DNA of 11,609 nucleotides from a virus. Its lineage: Duplodnaviria; Heunggongvirae; Uroviricota; Caudoviricetes. Numbering within the stretch: position 1 is the first letter of the stretch; every line of letters begins with the position of its first letter. The notes beneath the pieces are model-generated. The model made no database searches and was not told where the DNA came from. It saw nothing but the letters and a program-made list of their open reading frames with translations. The stretch lies in IMG/VR virus record IMGVR_UViG_2695420600_000007. One strand, written 5' to 3'. This document shows, piece by piece, positions 1 to 7,120 of this stretch. The position numbers and the translations under genes are program-made.

Positions 1-36
1 TAACAGATGTCTGGAAATATAGGGGCAAATCCATTC
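1..36. repeat. Left copy of a perfect 36-bp inverted repeat (partner at 11570..11605)
   Basis: Positions 1..36 (TAACAGATGTCTGGAAATATAGGGGCAAATCCATTC) are the exact reverse complement of 11570..11605, checked base by base. The match is lost on the inward side of both copies; its outward extent is cut off by the window. Confidence 0.9.
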
Positions 37-68
37 TGCTGGTGCTTCATTTGCAGAGGACTACTAAT

Positions 69-461
69 ATGATGTTAGTACAAAAAGTACGGAATACGAT
101 GAAGCAGCTTATCAATGCTACTAAGAATCTGACAGTATCACGTGATGTTGATGTATTTGAACAAATTGCTTTTGATTACTCATTAACGAGTTTAAGTTTC
201 AGCAATGAACGCCGGGCAGGTAACTTTGCAATTCAGTATCTGATTTCCCCTAAACCAGAATCAGGTAATACAGCCCCATCCATCACTTATGATCAGATTA
301 TTAGTACTTTTGATAAAGAGAAAACTTCAGCATTCAGTGATGCAGGTTTAATAATGCTTTCGTGTTCTTATGAACAATCCGATATTGTCACAGATCCTAT
401 AACTGGCTCGGTTTCCCTATCCTTTACGATAAATATTCAAGTTACGGAAAAGACAAGATAA
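69..461 (+). CDS. Hypothetical phage structural protein (about 130 aa); position upstream of the fibre and tube genes would fit a tail terminator or completion protein, but this is not supported by sequence
   Basis: ORF track frame 42..461. Preferred start is ATG 69, preceded by AGAGGA at 55..60 with an 8-nt spacer; the GTG at 42 has no Shine-Dalgarno sequence. The frame is open back to the window edge, so an upstream start cannot be excluded. Contains I-S-PKPESG-N, which matches the C-terminus of the 3114..3587 protein. Confidence 0.5.
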   Translation: MMLVQKVRNTMKQLINATKNLTVSRDVDVFEQIAFDYSLTSLSFSNERRAGNFAIQYLISPKPESGNTAPSITYDQIISTFDKEKTSAFSDAGLIMLSCSYEQSDIVTDPITGSVSLSFTINIQVTEKTR

Positions 462-478
462 CTAAAAGGATATAAAGG

Positions 479-3055
479 ATGAGTGATATTTTCTCAGGAA
501 GAGAATTATCAGTACAGTATAATGCTGATATTGGTAACAGAACACCACAGGGAGCAGGCAATGTAGTAATTAAACAGATTAATACTTTTCCAACCTTAAC
601 AATAAATTCAGAAGCAAATAATTTTGAAACGTATGATAGTGATTACAGGACAGTACTACTATCTGATAAATCAGTAGCACCATTTGATATTGTAGTTAAC
701 TACCTACCTGATGATCCTACACATCAATTCTTGGATAATGCCGCTAAGTCTCAGCAGCTTTTCCAGATCATCATTCAGTACCAGATGAATAAGGATGAAA
801 ATACCATTACTTATGCGATGGTGAATGGTTATATCACCTCTTATAAGTTGGACGGTGATAAAGGTTCAGTAGTAACCAAGGCATACAGTTTTGCCCCACA
901 TGATGTGATCGCACGTGCAATGACCATTAACGCACTATCGCCAATCTATCAGGGGGACTACGGTTTAGGTTCGAACACTACGGATGTACCTCAGTACTCA
1001 CCATCAGTACCTACGGGTAACAGCTTCATCAAAGTACCATCATCTCAAGCAGGCAATCCTGCCGGGGCGGATCTGATGGGAGTAGGGCTTGTAGATGGCA
1101 CTACTGTAAGTTCTCTTGCGATGACAAAGACGGGTACTCTAAGTATCTATGCAAAGAACGCTACAACCGCCTGGACACGCATATATACCGCTACACAGAT
1201 GGACGGGCGATACGTACCCCTTACACGTACCATCAACGGCCATGCACTCACGGCCAATTTAGTACTGAACAGTGAAGATACAGGTTCAGTACCTGATACA
1301 CGTACTGTGAATGGTAAGCCTCTAAGTGAGGATGTAGTACTTACCAGTACTGATACCGGCTCTGTACCAGATACACGGACAGTTAATGGTCATGTACTCA
1401 GTGAAGATATAGTACTGAGTAGTGAAGATACAGGTTCAGTACCTGATACACGTATGGTCAACGGTCATGTACTCAGTGAGGATGTAGTACTTACCAGTAC
1501 TGATGTTGGCTTAGGGAAGGTTACAGATGATGCCCAGCTTACGATAGCAGGTAATCTAAGTGATCTGGGGGACGTGGAAGAAGCACGTATTAACCTTGCT
1601 GTTTACTCAATGGATGAAGTAGATGCAGAGGTAACGGCTTTAGCTGACAGTATTACTTCCCTTGATTCCGCTTCCATGAAGAAAGCGAGTAACCTTTCTG
1701 ATCTATCCAGTCTCTCTACAGCACGTACTAACCTACAGGTGAACCGTTTGACTCAGGGTGCTACGTACACCGATCTGATGAGTAATGACCTGACTAACCG
1801 TATCCGAATTCAGGATAACGGGGCATGGGGTGCAAGTACTGGTACTGGATGGATTGCTTTAGGTATAGGTCAGGGGGGGACAGGGGCTACAGATGCTTTG
1901 AGTGCTCGCCTAAACTTTCAGGTGGATCGCTTTAATCAAGGTAGTAATTTAACAACTATTAAATCCGCTGATTCTTCCGCTGCATTAGTGGTTTATGATG
2001 GAGGGCAATGGGGTTCAGCTACATATATTGCGGGTGCTTTCACTGGCTGGAAAGCATTAGCAATTCCGCAGGGCGGTACTGGTGTTAAGACTCAGGCTGA
2101 GTTATGGCCTGCGATTCGTCCTACGGGTGCAACTTCTTTAGCAGGAGATCCTGTCTCTGATTCTGACGCGACTACCAAACGCTGGGTTGAAAACTTGCTG
2201 AGTAGTCGTACTTCAGTTAGTCCTCAATGGGATGTTATTGCTTCTTCCCCTTCCTCTACGGCAATTGGTAGTTATGTAACTGGAGGGCGTATTCGTTCGA
2301 TATGCAACATTGGTACATCAACTGAAATATCTGGTGGTTTTCGGGTTGGTAAAACGATGGGACAGACTGGACAGGCTGATCTCACCCTTTTTATTTCTGA
2401 AAATGGTGCAGAGGATAAACTATGGGGGCTAAAAGGGCCGACTGGAACGATCCTAACTGATGTTCAATCAGGATGGATGACTAATACCGCTGTTTCGGGA
2501 CCGACAGATGCCAATACCATCACCTTTAACGGTATGTATGCAGGGCCAGGTGACTCAGGTATTAACTATAGTGAAAAATATTCCCCTTTATTGCACATGC
2601 AAAGACACCCAGGGGCAAATCGCTCTCAGCTTCAGATAGACGGTGGTGGTACTTTAAGAGTACGAGGCGGGAACGGTACAACATGGTTTGGATGGTTAGT
2701 AATGCAAGCTCAAGGTACATCAGGTCGTGAGTTTAAAAGAGACATAACTCCAGCAAATCCAGTTGAAGCATTAGATCGGATAATGTCACAAGATTTAGTA
2801 ACGTTTATCTACAAGGATGATGAACAAGAAAGGGTTAGGTTTGGTGTTATCGCCGAAGATGCTGAGTTGACTGCTCCGCAGTACATTAAGCATGATGAAG
2901 AAACAGTTGAAATAGAAGGGGAGATTGTCACTCGTGATCATCCACGTGTTGATTTAAATCCAATAGTGATGGACTTGATGGGAGCTATTCAAGCCCAACA
3001 AGAAGAAATTAATCAGCTAAAAGATTTAGTACAACAGCTATTAAATAATAAATAA
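479..3055 (+). CDS. Tail fibre protein (858 aa): N-terminal domain paralogous to the tube protein, tandem fibre repeats, and a C-terminal intramolecular chaperone (peptidase S74-like) autoprocessing domain
   Basis: Long ORF with RBS AAAGGA at 465..470. The N-terminus MSDIFSG...NTF...VNYLPDD...GDKGSVVTKAYSFA aligns with the 3114..3587 protein (MAMDIFSG...NTF...VNYLPDN...GDKDEVVTKTFTLA). Four tandem 25-aa repeats (SVPDTRTVNG..LSEDVVLTSTDTG) resemble phage tail-fibre repeats. NLSDL...AR.NL and GGTG motifs are fibre-like. The C-terminus SGREFKRDITPANPVEALDRI...FIYKDDEQERVRFGVIAEDAE matches the S-D/G-x-R-x-K-x-(N/D)-I pattern of endosialidase-type chaperone domains. Confidence 0.85.
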   Translation: MSDIFSGRELSVQYNADIGNRTPQGAGNVVIKQINTFPTLTINSEANNFETYDSDYRTVLLSDKSVAPFDIVVNYLPDDPTHQFLDNAAKSQQLFQIIIQYQMNKDENTITYAMVNGYITSYKLDGDKGSVVTKAYSFAPHDVIARAMTINALSPIYQGDYGLGSNTTDVPQYSPSVPTGNSFIKVPSSQAGNPAGADLMGVGLVDGTTVSSLAMTKTGTLSIYAKNATTAWTRIYTATQMDGRYVPLTRTINGHALTANLVLNSEDTGSVPDTRTVNGKPLSEDVVLTSTDTGSVPDTRTVNGHVLSEDIVLSSEDTGSVPDTRMVNGHVLSEDVVLTSTDVGLGKVTDDAQLTIAGNLSDLGDVEEARINLAVYSMDEVDAEVTALADSITSLDSASMKKASNLSDLSSLSTARTNLQVNRLTQGATYTDLMSNDLTNRIRIQDNGAWGASTGTGWIALGIGQGGTGATDALSARLNFQVDRFNQGSNLTTIKSADSSAALVVYDGGQWGSATYIAGAFTGWKALAIPQGGTGVKTQAELWPAIRPTGATSLAGDPVSDSDATTKRWVENLLSSRTSVSPQWDVIASSPSSTAIGSYVTGGRIRSICNIGTSTEISGGFRVGKTMGQTGQADLTLFISENGAEDKLWGLKGPTGTILTDVQSGWMTNTAVSGPTDANTITFNGMYAGPGDSGINYSEKYSPLLHMQRHPGANRSQLQIDGGGTLRVRGGNGTTWFGWLVMQAQGTSGREFKRDITPANPVEALDRIMSQDLVTFIYKDDEQERVRFGVIAEDAELTAPQYIKHDEETVEIEGEIVTRDHPRVDLNPIVMDLMGAIQAQQEEINQLKDLVQQLLNNK
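1211..1510 (+). repeat. Four in-frame tandem 75-bp (25-codon) repeats inside the fibre gene
   Basis: Repeat units at 1211..1285, 1286..1360, 1361..1435 and 1436..1510. Perfect 34-nt direct repeats at 1271..1304 and 1421..1454, and perfect 30-nt direct repeats at 1325..1354 and 1475..1504, give a 150-bp super-period. Confidence 0.85.
2720..3052 (+). other. C-terminal intramolecular chaperone / autoproteolytic domain of the fibre (S74-like); predicted cleavage immediately before Ser748 (codon 2720..2722)
   Basis: Motif QAQGT|SGREFKRDI followed by ALDRI and FIYKDD..RVRFGVIAEDAE, then a C-terminal helical heptad-like tail (IQAQQEEINQLKDLVQQLL). Assigned from recalled family motifs, not from a search. 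Confidence 0.6.
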
Positions 3056-3063
3056 ATATAAAC

Positions 3064-3098
3064 GGGGTGAACGGATTCACTCCAATAAAATTTTCTTA
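3064..3098 (+). terminator. Candidate intrinsic terminator after the fibre gene (weak)
   Basis: Hairpin GGGGTGAA-cgga-TTCACTCC (8-bp stem with one G-U pair, 3064..3083) followed by AATAAAATTTTCTT. The T-tract is not immediately adjacent to the stem. Confidence 0.35.
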
Positions 3099-3113
3099 TA
3101 AGGATATAAAACT

Positions 3114-3587
3114 ATGGCTATGGATATTTTTTCCGGTGCTAACCTTACTGTAGAAGTAGGTTCAAGTGCTGGTAAAACAGTTGCTACTGACTTTGTAGAA
3201 GTACCAGAGGTAAACACCTTCAGTACTTCAGGCTTTGAAAGTACTGTAATTAGCGTAAAAACATTCAATAATGCTTATGATCGTAAGCTATTGGGTACTA
3301 AGTCAATCCCGGACATTTCTCTTGCAGTTAACTACTTACCAGATAATGCAGTACATCAGAATTTAGAACAACTTGCAGACGATCAGAAACGTTGTCAGGT
3401 AAAACTAAGCTATTTTACCGATGCAACTAAAAAAGAAGGTTTCTTTGTAATTTATACCTGCTTTGTTTCAAGTACCACTATCGGTGGTGATAAAGATGAA
3501 GTAGTAACTAAGACTTTCACCCTTGCAGTTGATGGTGAAGCAATTGATTCAGGTCTGATTACTCCAAAACCAGAATCGGGCGAATAA
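3114..3587 (+). CDS. Probable major tail (tube) protein, 157 aa
   Basis: Sits directly upstream of the chaperone pair and tape measure gene, the position of lambda gene V. Size and the N-terminal G-x-x-L-x-V-x-V-G pattern are typical of siphovirus tube proteins. RBS AAGGA at 3100..3104. Followed by a hairpin terminator, as is common for highly expressed tube genes. Confidence 0.6.
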   Translation: MAMDIFSGANLTVEVGSSAGKTVATDFVEVPEVNTFSTSGFESTVISVKTFNNAYDRKLLGTKSIPDISLAVNYLPDNAVHQNLEQLADDQKRCQVKLSYFTDATKKEGFFVIYTCFVSSTTIGGDKDEVVTKTFTLAVDGEAIDSGLITPKPESGE

Positions 3588-3595
3588 TAATAAAT

Positions 3596-3626
3596 AAAGG
3601 GAAGGTGCTCAACTTTCCCTTTTTTA
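3596..3626 (+). terminator. Rho-independent terminator or attenuator between the tube gene and the chaperone genes
   Basis: Stem AAAGGGAAG (3596..3604) pairs with 3614..3622 (CTTTCCCTT region) around a 9-nt loop, followed by a T-run at 3620..3625. Confidence 0.5.
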
Positions 3627-3638
3627 TTGGAGATGAAA

Positions 3639-3938
3639 ATGAATTTAAACGAATTGAAGAAAAAACTACAACCAGAATTAAAACCACATGAAGTAATGGG
3701 TGAAATCATCTTTATTCATCGTCCAAATGGTCAGGATTTCCAGAAATGCACTGATGTGGCTAAAACTCTAATCCTATGTGTAAAAGATGAAAATGGTGAT
3801 CCTATCTTCGCAGAAGAAGATATTGATGGACGAATTAATGTTAACTCTATTGATTTTGTAATCCAGAATGAAATTTACTCAGCAATTATTGCTTTAATCA
3901 ATACTGCGAAACCTGTAGATGAAGTAGAAAAAAAGTAA
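3639..3938 (+). CDS. Tail assembly chaperone, gpG-like
   Basis: Small acidic protein directly upstream of the tape measure gene. ORF track frame begins at TTG 3627; the preferred start is ATG 3639, with GGAG at 3629..3632 and a 6-nt spacer. Ends ...VDEVEKK with stop at 3936..3938. Confidence 0.7.
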   Translation: MNLNELKKKLQPELKPHEVMGEIIFIHRPNGQDFQKCTDVAKTLILCVKDENGDPIFAEEDIDGRINVNSIDFVIQNEIYSAIIALINTAKPVDEVEKK

Positions 3939-4333
3939 GAGGTGATATCGAATTAAAGTACTTTTGTAAGATGGTTAACAAAAGAGGCTTATCACCTGAA
4001 GAATACTTTAGTTTAGATCCTGATGTACTCAATATGCTTATGATCTACGATACTTTTATAGAACCATCCGGTACGCAGATTGAAATGATGAAACATGCGT
4101 ACCAGTGTTACTACACCACTATCAGTAATGGCAACCTAACACCAGAAGCAAGGAAAAGTATCAAGGTACAGGATTTTGATTTTCTTGATGTGCTTAGTGA
4201 TAGTACTAAGAGTACTTCAGAGAAAGCTGAAGAAAGAAAATTAAAAACTAAAGAGGCTCAATCCAATGATATTAAATCTATAGGGGAGTTAATTAAATCT
4301 CAGGTATTAGGAAAGAAAAAGAATGGCAAATAA
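3639..4333 (+). CDS. Tail assembly chaperone frameshift fusion product, gpGT-like (-1 shift at 3929..3935; the T-part frame ends at 4333)
   Basis: The downstream ORF (frame of 3971..4333) lies in the -1 frame relative to the G-like ORF and is open back to 3923, overlapping the slippery site. Its stop overlaps the tape measure start at 4323. Confidence 0.6.
3929..3935 (+). promoter_or_regulatory. Programmed -1 ribosomal frameshift slippery heptamer A_AAA_AAG
   Basis: In the zero frame the codons are gaA AAA AAG then TAA. A 7-A run at 3928..3934 is followed by G. The -1 frame is open from 3923 and continues into the 3971..4333 ORF, matching the conserved G/GT arrangement. Confidence 0.7.
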
Positions 4334-6536
4334 TAATAGAATACGTGTAGATATTACGGGTGATTCTTCCGGTTTACAGCGTGCTTTAAGGTCTGGTACT
4401 GAATCATTAGAGGAATTTGGTAGTACTGCTGGTGGCATTGTTGAAGAGTTCACAGGCCGAATAACTGGTATGGCTGGCGGGTTCGGTACTGCTATGACCG
4501 GGATCGCGGGTGCTGCGGCTATTGGTATTGGTGGCCTGGCAGCATTAGTAGAATCATCACGTGAATATGTGCGTGAAATGAACCAGATCAGTAAGAGTAC
4601 CGGATTGTCCGTGGTTCAGTTACAACAGCTATCAGCGGCGTTTAGTGGCCTCGGTCTTGAGATTGATAAGTTTGGTGATTTCAACAAGGATACCTTGGAT
4701 AAGCTCGGTGATGCTTTTCGTGCTGGCGGTGGTGTATCCGATGATCTTAAAGAATATGGACTCAACCTACAGGACTATAACAAGTACTTAAAACAGGCTG
4801 ATGGTGGTATGCAGGCTGTGATCCACACCTTTTACGCCATGCGTGATGCAGGTAAATCACAGAGTGAAATAGTTAACGTAATGGAAACGTTAGCCAGTGA
4901 CTCAAGCCACATGATTAGTACTCTTCAGCAGTTCAATAATGAGGCTCAAGCTACAGCCTATATCCAGTCACAAAATGCTGAAGTAACTAATGATGCTGCT
5001 GAAAAATATGCTGAATTCGATAAAAACCTTGGGAAACTTACTACCAGCATTAAAGGTACTATTGCTGATGGCCTATCACCTTTAGTTAATGCCATGAACA
5101 GTGTCTATGATGCTGCAAATCAAAAACCTCACGAGGCAGGTTTGTTTGAAGATCTGAATGAACGTATTAAAACTTCCAAGGGTTCTCTACAGGATATGTT
5201 GGATATCTGGGAAAAATTACGTACAGCAGGGGCATTAAACTACCAGGGTGCAGCACTCAATACTGGCATCATGGATGATAAGGGCAACAAGGGTAATGAG
5301 TTCGCTCAGGCTAAGGCACGTTTAGAAGAACTGGCAAACAACCTAAAGTCCGATGTTGCGGTTGCTACCGCTCCTACTGGCGGATGGGTTGATCAGGCAA
5401 AAGAAGCTGAAGATGCAGCGAAGAAGTTAGAACAACAACGTAAACAGGCAGAAGCGGCACAAAAGGCGGCAGATGCAAAACGCCTACAGGCTCAACGTAA
5501 TCTGGAAGCTGCTCTTGCTCAAGTTGGGGAAGATGGTTTTCAGGTACGTCTACAGCAGTTCGACAGACAACAAAAGGCACTTCTTAAAACCATCACCGAT
5601 AGTGCTCAAGTACTCGGTATCAATCCTGATGAAATGCTAAAGAACGCTACTGCATATGGTGCTAAACAACGTACTGATTTACTGAATTCAATGGTTGGTT
5701 ATCAAGATCCTAATCAGGGTCTGAAAGATACCAATGCTCTTATTGGTTCCGGTCTACTCAATGACAATCAGAAGGGGTATCTGGCACAGCAACAGAATCA
5801 GCGTATCAATGGTGGTAATCCATTAGCCTATAACGATACCGATCAGAAGTTGAAAGATAACGCTGATGCTATGAATGCTGAACTTCAGCAGAATGAGTTG
5901 TTGCTGAAAGGCCATGAGGACTATGAGAAACGTAAAGCTGAGATCACGGCAAAGTACAATGCACAGGCCATCCAAATCAGTAACCAGAATGCACAGGATC
6001 AGTTAAGTATCTTCTCAAGTACTGCACAGTCACTATCACAGGGCATGGTTGATGCGTTTGGGGAAAGTAGTGGGGCTGCACAAGCTGCATTTACCCTAAG
6101 TAAGAGCATAAGCATTGCACAGACAGTACTTTCAATTCAGTCAGCATTGGCCCAAGCACTCGCTACCCCTTGGCCAGCTTCATTGGCAAACTATGCACAA
6201 GTACTTTCACTTGGTATGTCGATTATTAGTACTGCAAAGGGTGCTGCTGCTGGTCAGTTCCATGGCGGGGTAGATGAACTACCAGCAAGTTATGACAACA
6301 AATCATTTGTACTTAAGCAGGGCGAGAGAGTGGTGCAGCCTGAAGCGAATAAGAAATTAACAGCATTCTTGGATAAACAAGAAGGTGGAAGTACTTCAGG
6401 TGATATTACCGTTAACGCACCATTGATCATCCAGGGTGATGTAGCTGATGATGACAAGAAATTTAATGAGATGCTTAAGAAACACGCCAATAGTGTTTCT
6501 CAAGCTGTGAGAAGTAGTCAAAAACGTAATACATAA
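4323..6536 (+). CDS. Tail tape measure protein, 737 aa
   Basis: Position after the G/GT pair. Gly/Ala-rich hydrophobic N-terminal segment (GMAGGFGTAMTGIAGAAAIGIGGLAAL), a long central Ala/Gln/Lys-rich helical region, and a C-terminal hydrophobic segment (ALATPWPASLANYAQVLSLGMSIISTAKGAAAG). Confidence 0.85.
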   Translation: MANNNRIRVDITGDSSGLQRALRSGTESLEEFGSTAGGIVEEFTGRITGMAGGFGTAMTGIAGAAAIGIGGLAALVESSREYVREMNQISKSTGLSVVQLQQLSAAFSGLGLEIDKFGDFNKDTLDKLGDAFRAGGGVSDDLKEYGLNLQDYNKYLKQADGGMQAVIHTFYAMRDAGKSQSEIVNVMETLASDSSHMISTLQQFNNEAQATAYIQSQNAEVTNDAAEKYAEFDKNLGKLTTSIKGTIADGLSPLVNAMNSVYDAANQKPHEAGLFEDLNERIKTSKGSLQDMLDIWEKLRTAGALNYQGAALNTGIMDDKGNKGNEFAQAKARLEELANNLKSDVAVATAPTGGWVDQAKEAEDAAKKLEQQRKQAEAAQKAADAKRLQAQRNLEAALAQVGEDGFQVRLQQFDRQQKALLKTITDSAQVLGINPDEMLKNATAYGAKQRTDLLNSMVGYQDPNQGLKDTNALIGSGLLNDNQKGYLAQQQNQRINGGNPLAYNDTDQKLKDNADAMNAELQQNELLLKGHEDYEKRKAEITAKYNAQAIQISNQNAQDQLSIFSSTAQSLSQGMVDAFGESSGAAQAAFTLSKSISIAQTVLSIQSALAQALATPWPASLANYAQVLSLGMSIISTAKGAAAGQFHGGVDELPASYDNKSFVLKQGERVVQPEANKKLTAFLDKQEGGSTSGDITVNAPLIIQGDVADDDKKFNEMLKKHANSVSQAVRSSQKRNT

Positions 6537-6546
6537 GAAAGCCCAG

Positions 6547-7119
6547 TTAGGGATTTTCCGTGTGATAAGACAAATATTGTGAAAGAGAAGATGAAAGGGT
6601 ATAGAGATTGTAATACTCTTCCCGCAATAATTTAACTTTAGGTGGTGAGTATTTAATATTGTATGCAAGCTGTGTTGAAAGAGTACGTAATCTCGATAAT
6701 GAATAATAACTCTTTACGATGGCATCTACTTCTTTTTTTGGGAGTGATGCTAATTTTTCTAATTGGGAATAATATACATCATCATGCAAATAAGAAACGG
6801 CAGTTGCTACTCTTTTAATAGCTTCTGTATCTTCAGTTGGAAGAGGAATACATATTTCATATGTGCCTAACACCTGAGACTCATCGCCACCAGTAGCAAG
6901 AGCTAAAAGGTTATTGTTGATTTCGCTCAATAAGATTACACGCATCTTAAAAACATCATCTGAACTTTCTTTCCATTTATCATATGCGTTATAGCCTATT
7001 TGGCCTGCAAATAACAACATAGCAACGATGACGGATGCAGCCTGCCAATCAAGCCTGTTAAAAAAAATACGAATCGAGGTTTTTAAATAAATAAAGAAAG
7101 AAGATATTCGAGGTAACAA
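6547..7119 (-). CDS. Hypothetical protein with a hydrophobic N-terminal segment; reverse-oriented accessory gene (moron) inside the tail module
   Basis: The only long ORF in the 584-bp gap between the tape measure and gpM-like genes, on the opposite strand. The region is visibly more AT-rich than its neighbours. ORF track start is TTG 7119; in-frame ATGs lie at 7020 and 6945, so the true start is uncertain. The N-terminus WQAASVIVAMLLFAGQIGY is hydrophobic. No recognisable family motif. Confidence 0.5.
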   Translation of the reverse strand: MLPRISSFFIYLKTSIRIFFNRLDWQAASVIVAMLLFAGQIGYNAYDKWKESSDDVFKMRVILLSEINNNLLALATGGDESQVLGTYEICIPLPTEDTEAIKRVATAVSYLHDDVYYSQLEKLASLPKKEVDAIVKSYYSLSRLRTLSTQLAYNIKYSPPKVKLLREEYYNLYTLSSSLSQYLSYHTENP

Positions 7120-7120
7120 A

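Noticed and set aside
1-36. The terminal repeat as a Hin/Gin/Cin-type gix or hix site, or as a transposon terminal inverted repeat
   Set aside because: No resemblance to the TTATCnAAACC half-site consensus, and only a weak internal dyad (CAGA-ca-TCTG). No invertase or transposase gene lies in the window, which instead holds a complete phage tail operon. The recombination idea is kept as a hypothesis, but the specific family assignment is unsupported.
42-68. GTG start at 42 for the first gene
   Set aside because: No Shine-Dalgarno sequence upstream, whereas ATG 69 has AGAGGA at a good spacing. The frame is open to the window edge, so the choice remains uncertain.
69-461. First gene as a third paralogue of the tube/fibre N-terminal domain
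   Set aside because: Apart from the PKPESG motif there is no alignable similarity to the MSDIFSG-type domain.
1211-1510. Tandem repeats as a CRISPR array or a diversity-generating retroelement target
   Set aside because: The repeats are contiguous in-frame coding units with no spacers. No reverse transcriptase or template/variable repeat pair is present in the window.
3627-3638. TTG start at 3627 for the G-like chaperone
   Set aside because: The GGAG at 3629..3632 would lie inside the ORF; ATG 3639 gives canonical spacing.
3077-3709. Minus-strand ORFs 3077..3268 and 3452..3709
   Set aside because: They overlap the well-supported + strand tube and chaperone genes and the intergenic terminator, and have no RBS or family features. 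Treated as shadow ORFs.
6534-6549. Bidirectional terminator between the convergent tape measure and moron genes
   Set aside because: Only a 3-bp perfect stem (or 7 bp with a mismatch) and no clear T-tract on either strand; too weak to call.
5374-6668. Minus-strand ORFs 5374..5580, 6290..6490 and 6396..6668
   Set aside because: Embedded antisense in the tape measure gene or straddling its 3' end, in a different frame from the 6547..7119 gene. Low-complexity translations; likely spurious.
7021-7120. Promoter elements in the AT-rich stretch upstream of the gpM-like gene and of the moron
   Set aside because: No convincing -35/-10 pair at proper spacing could be identified by eye.
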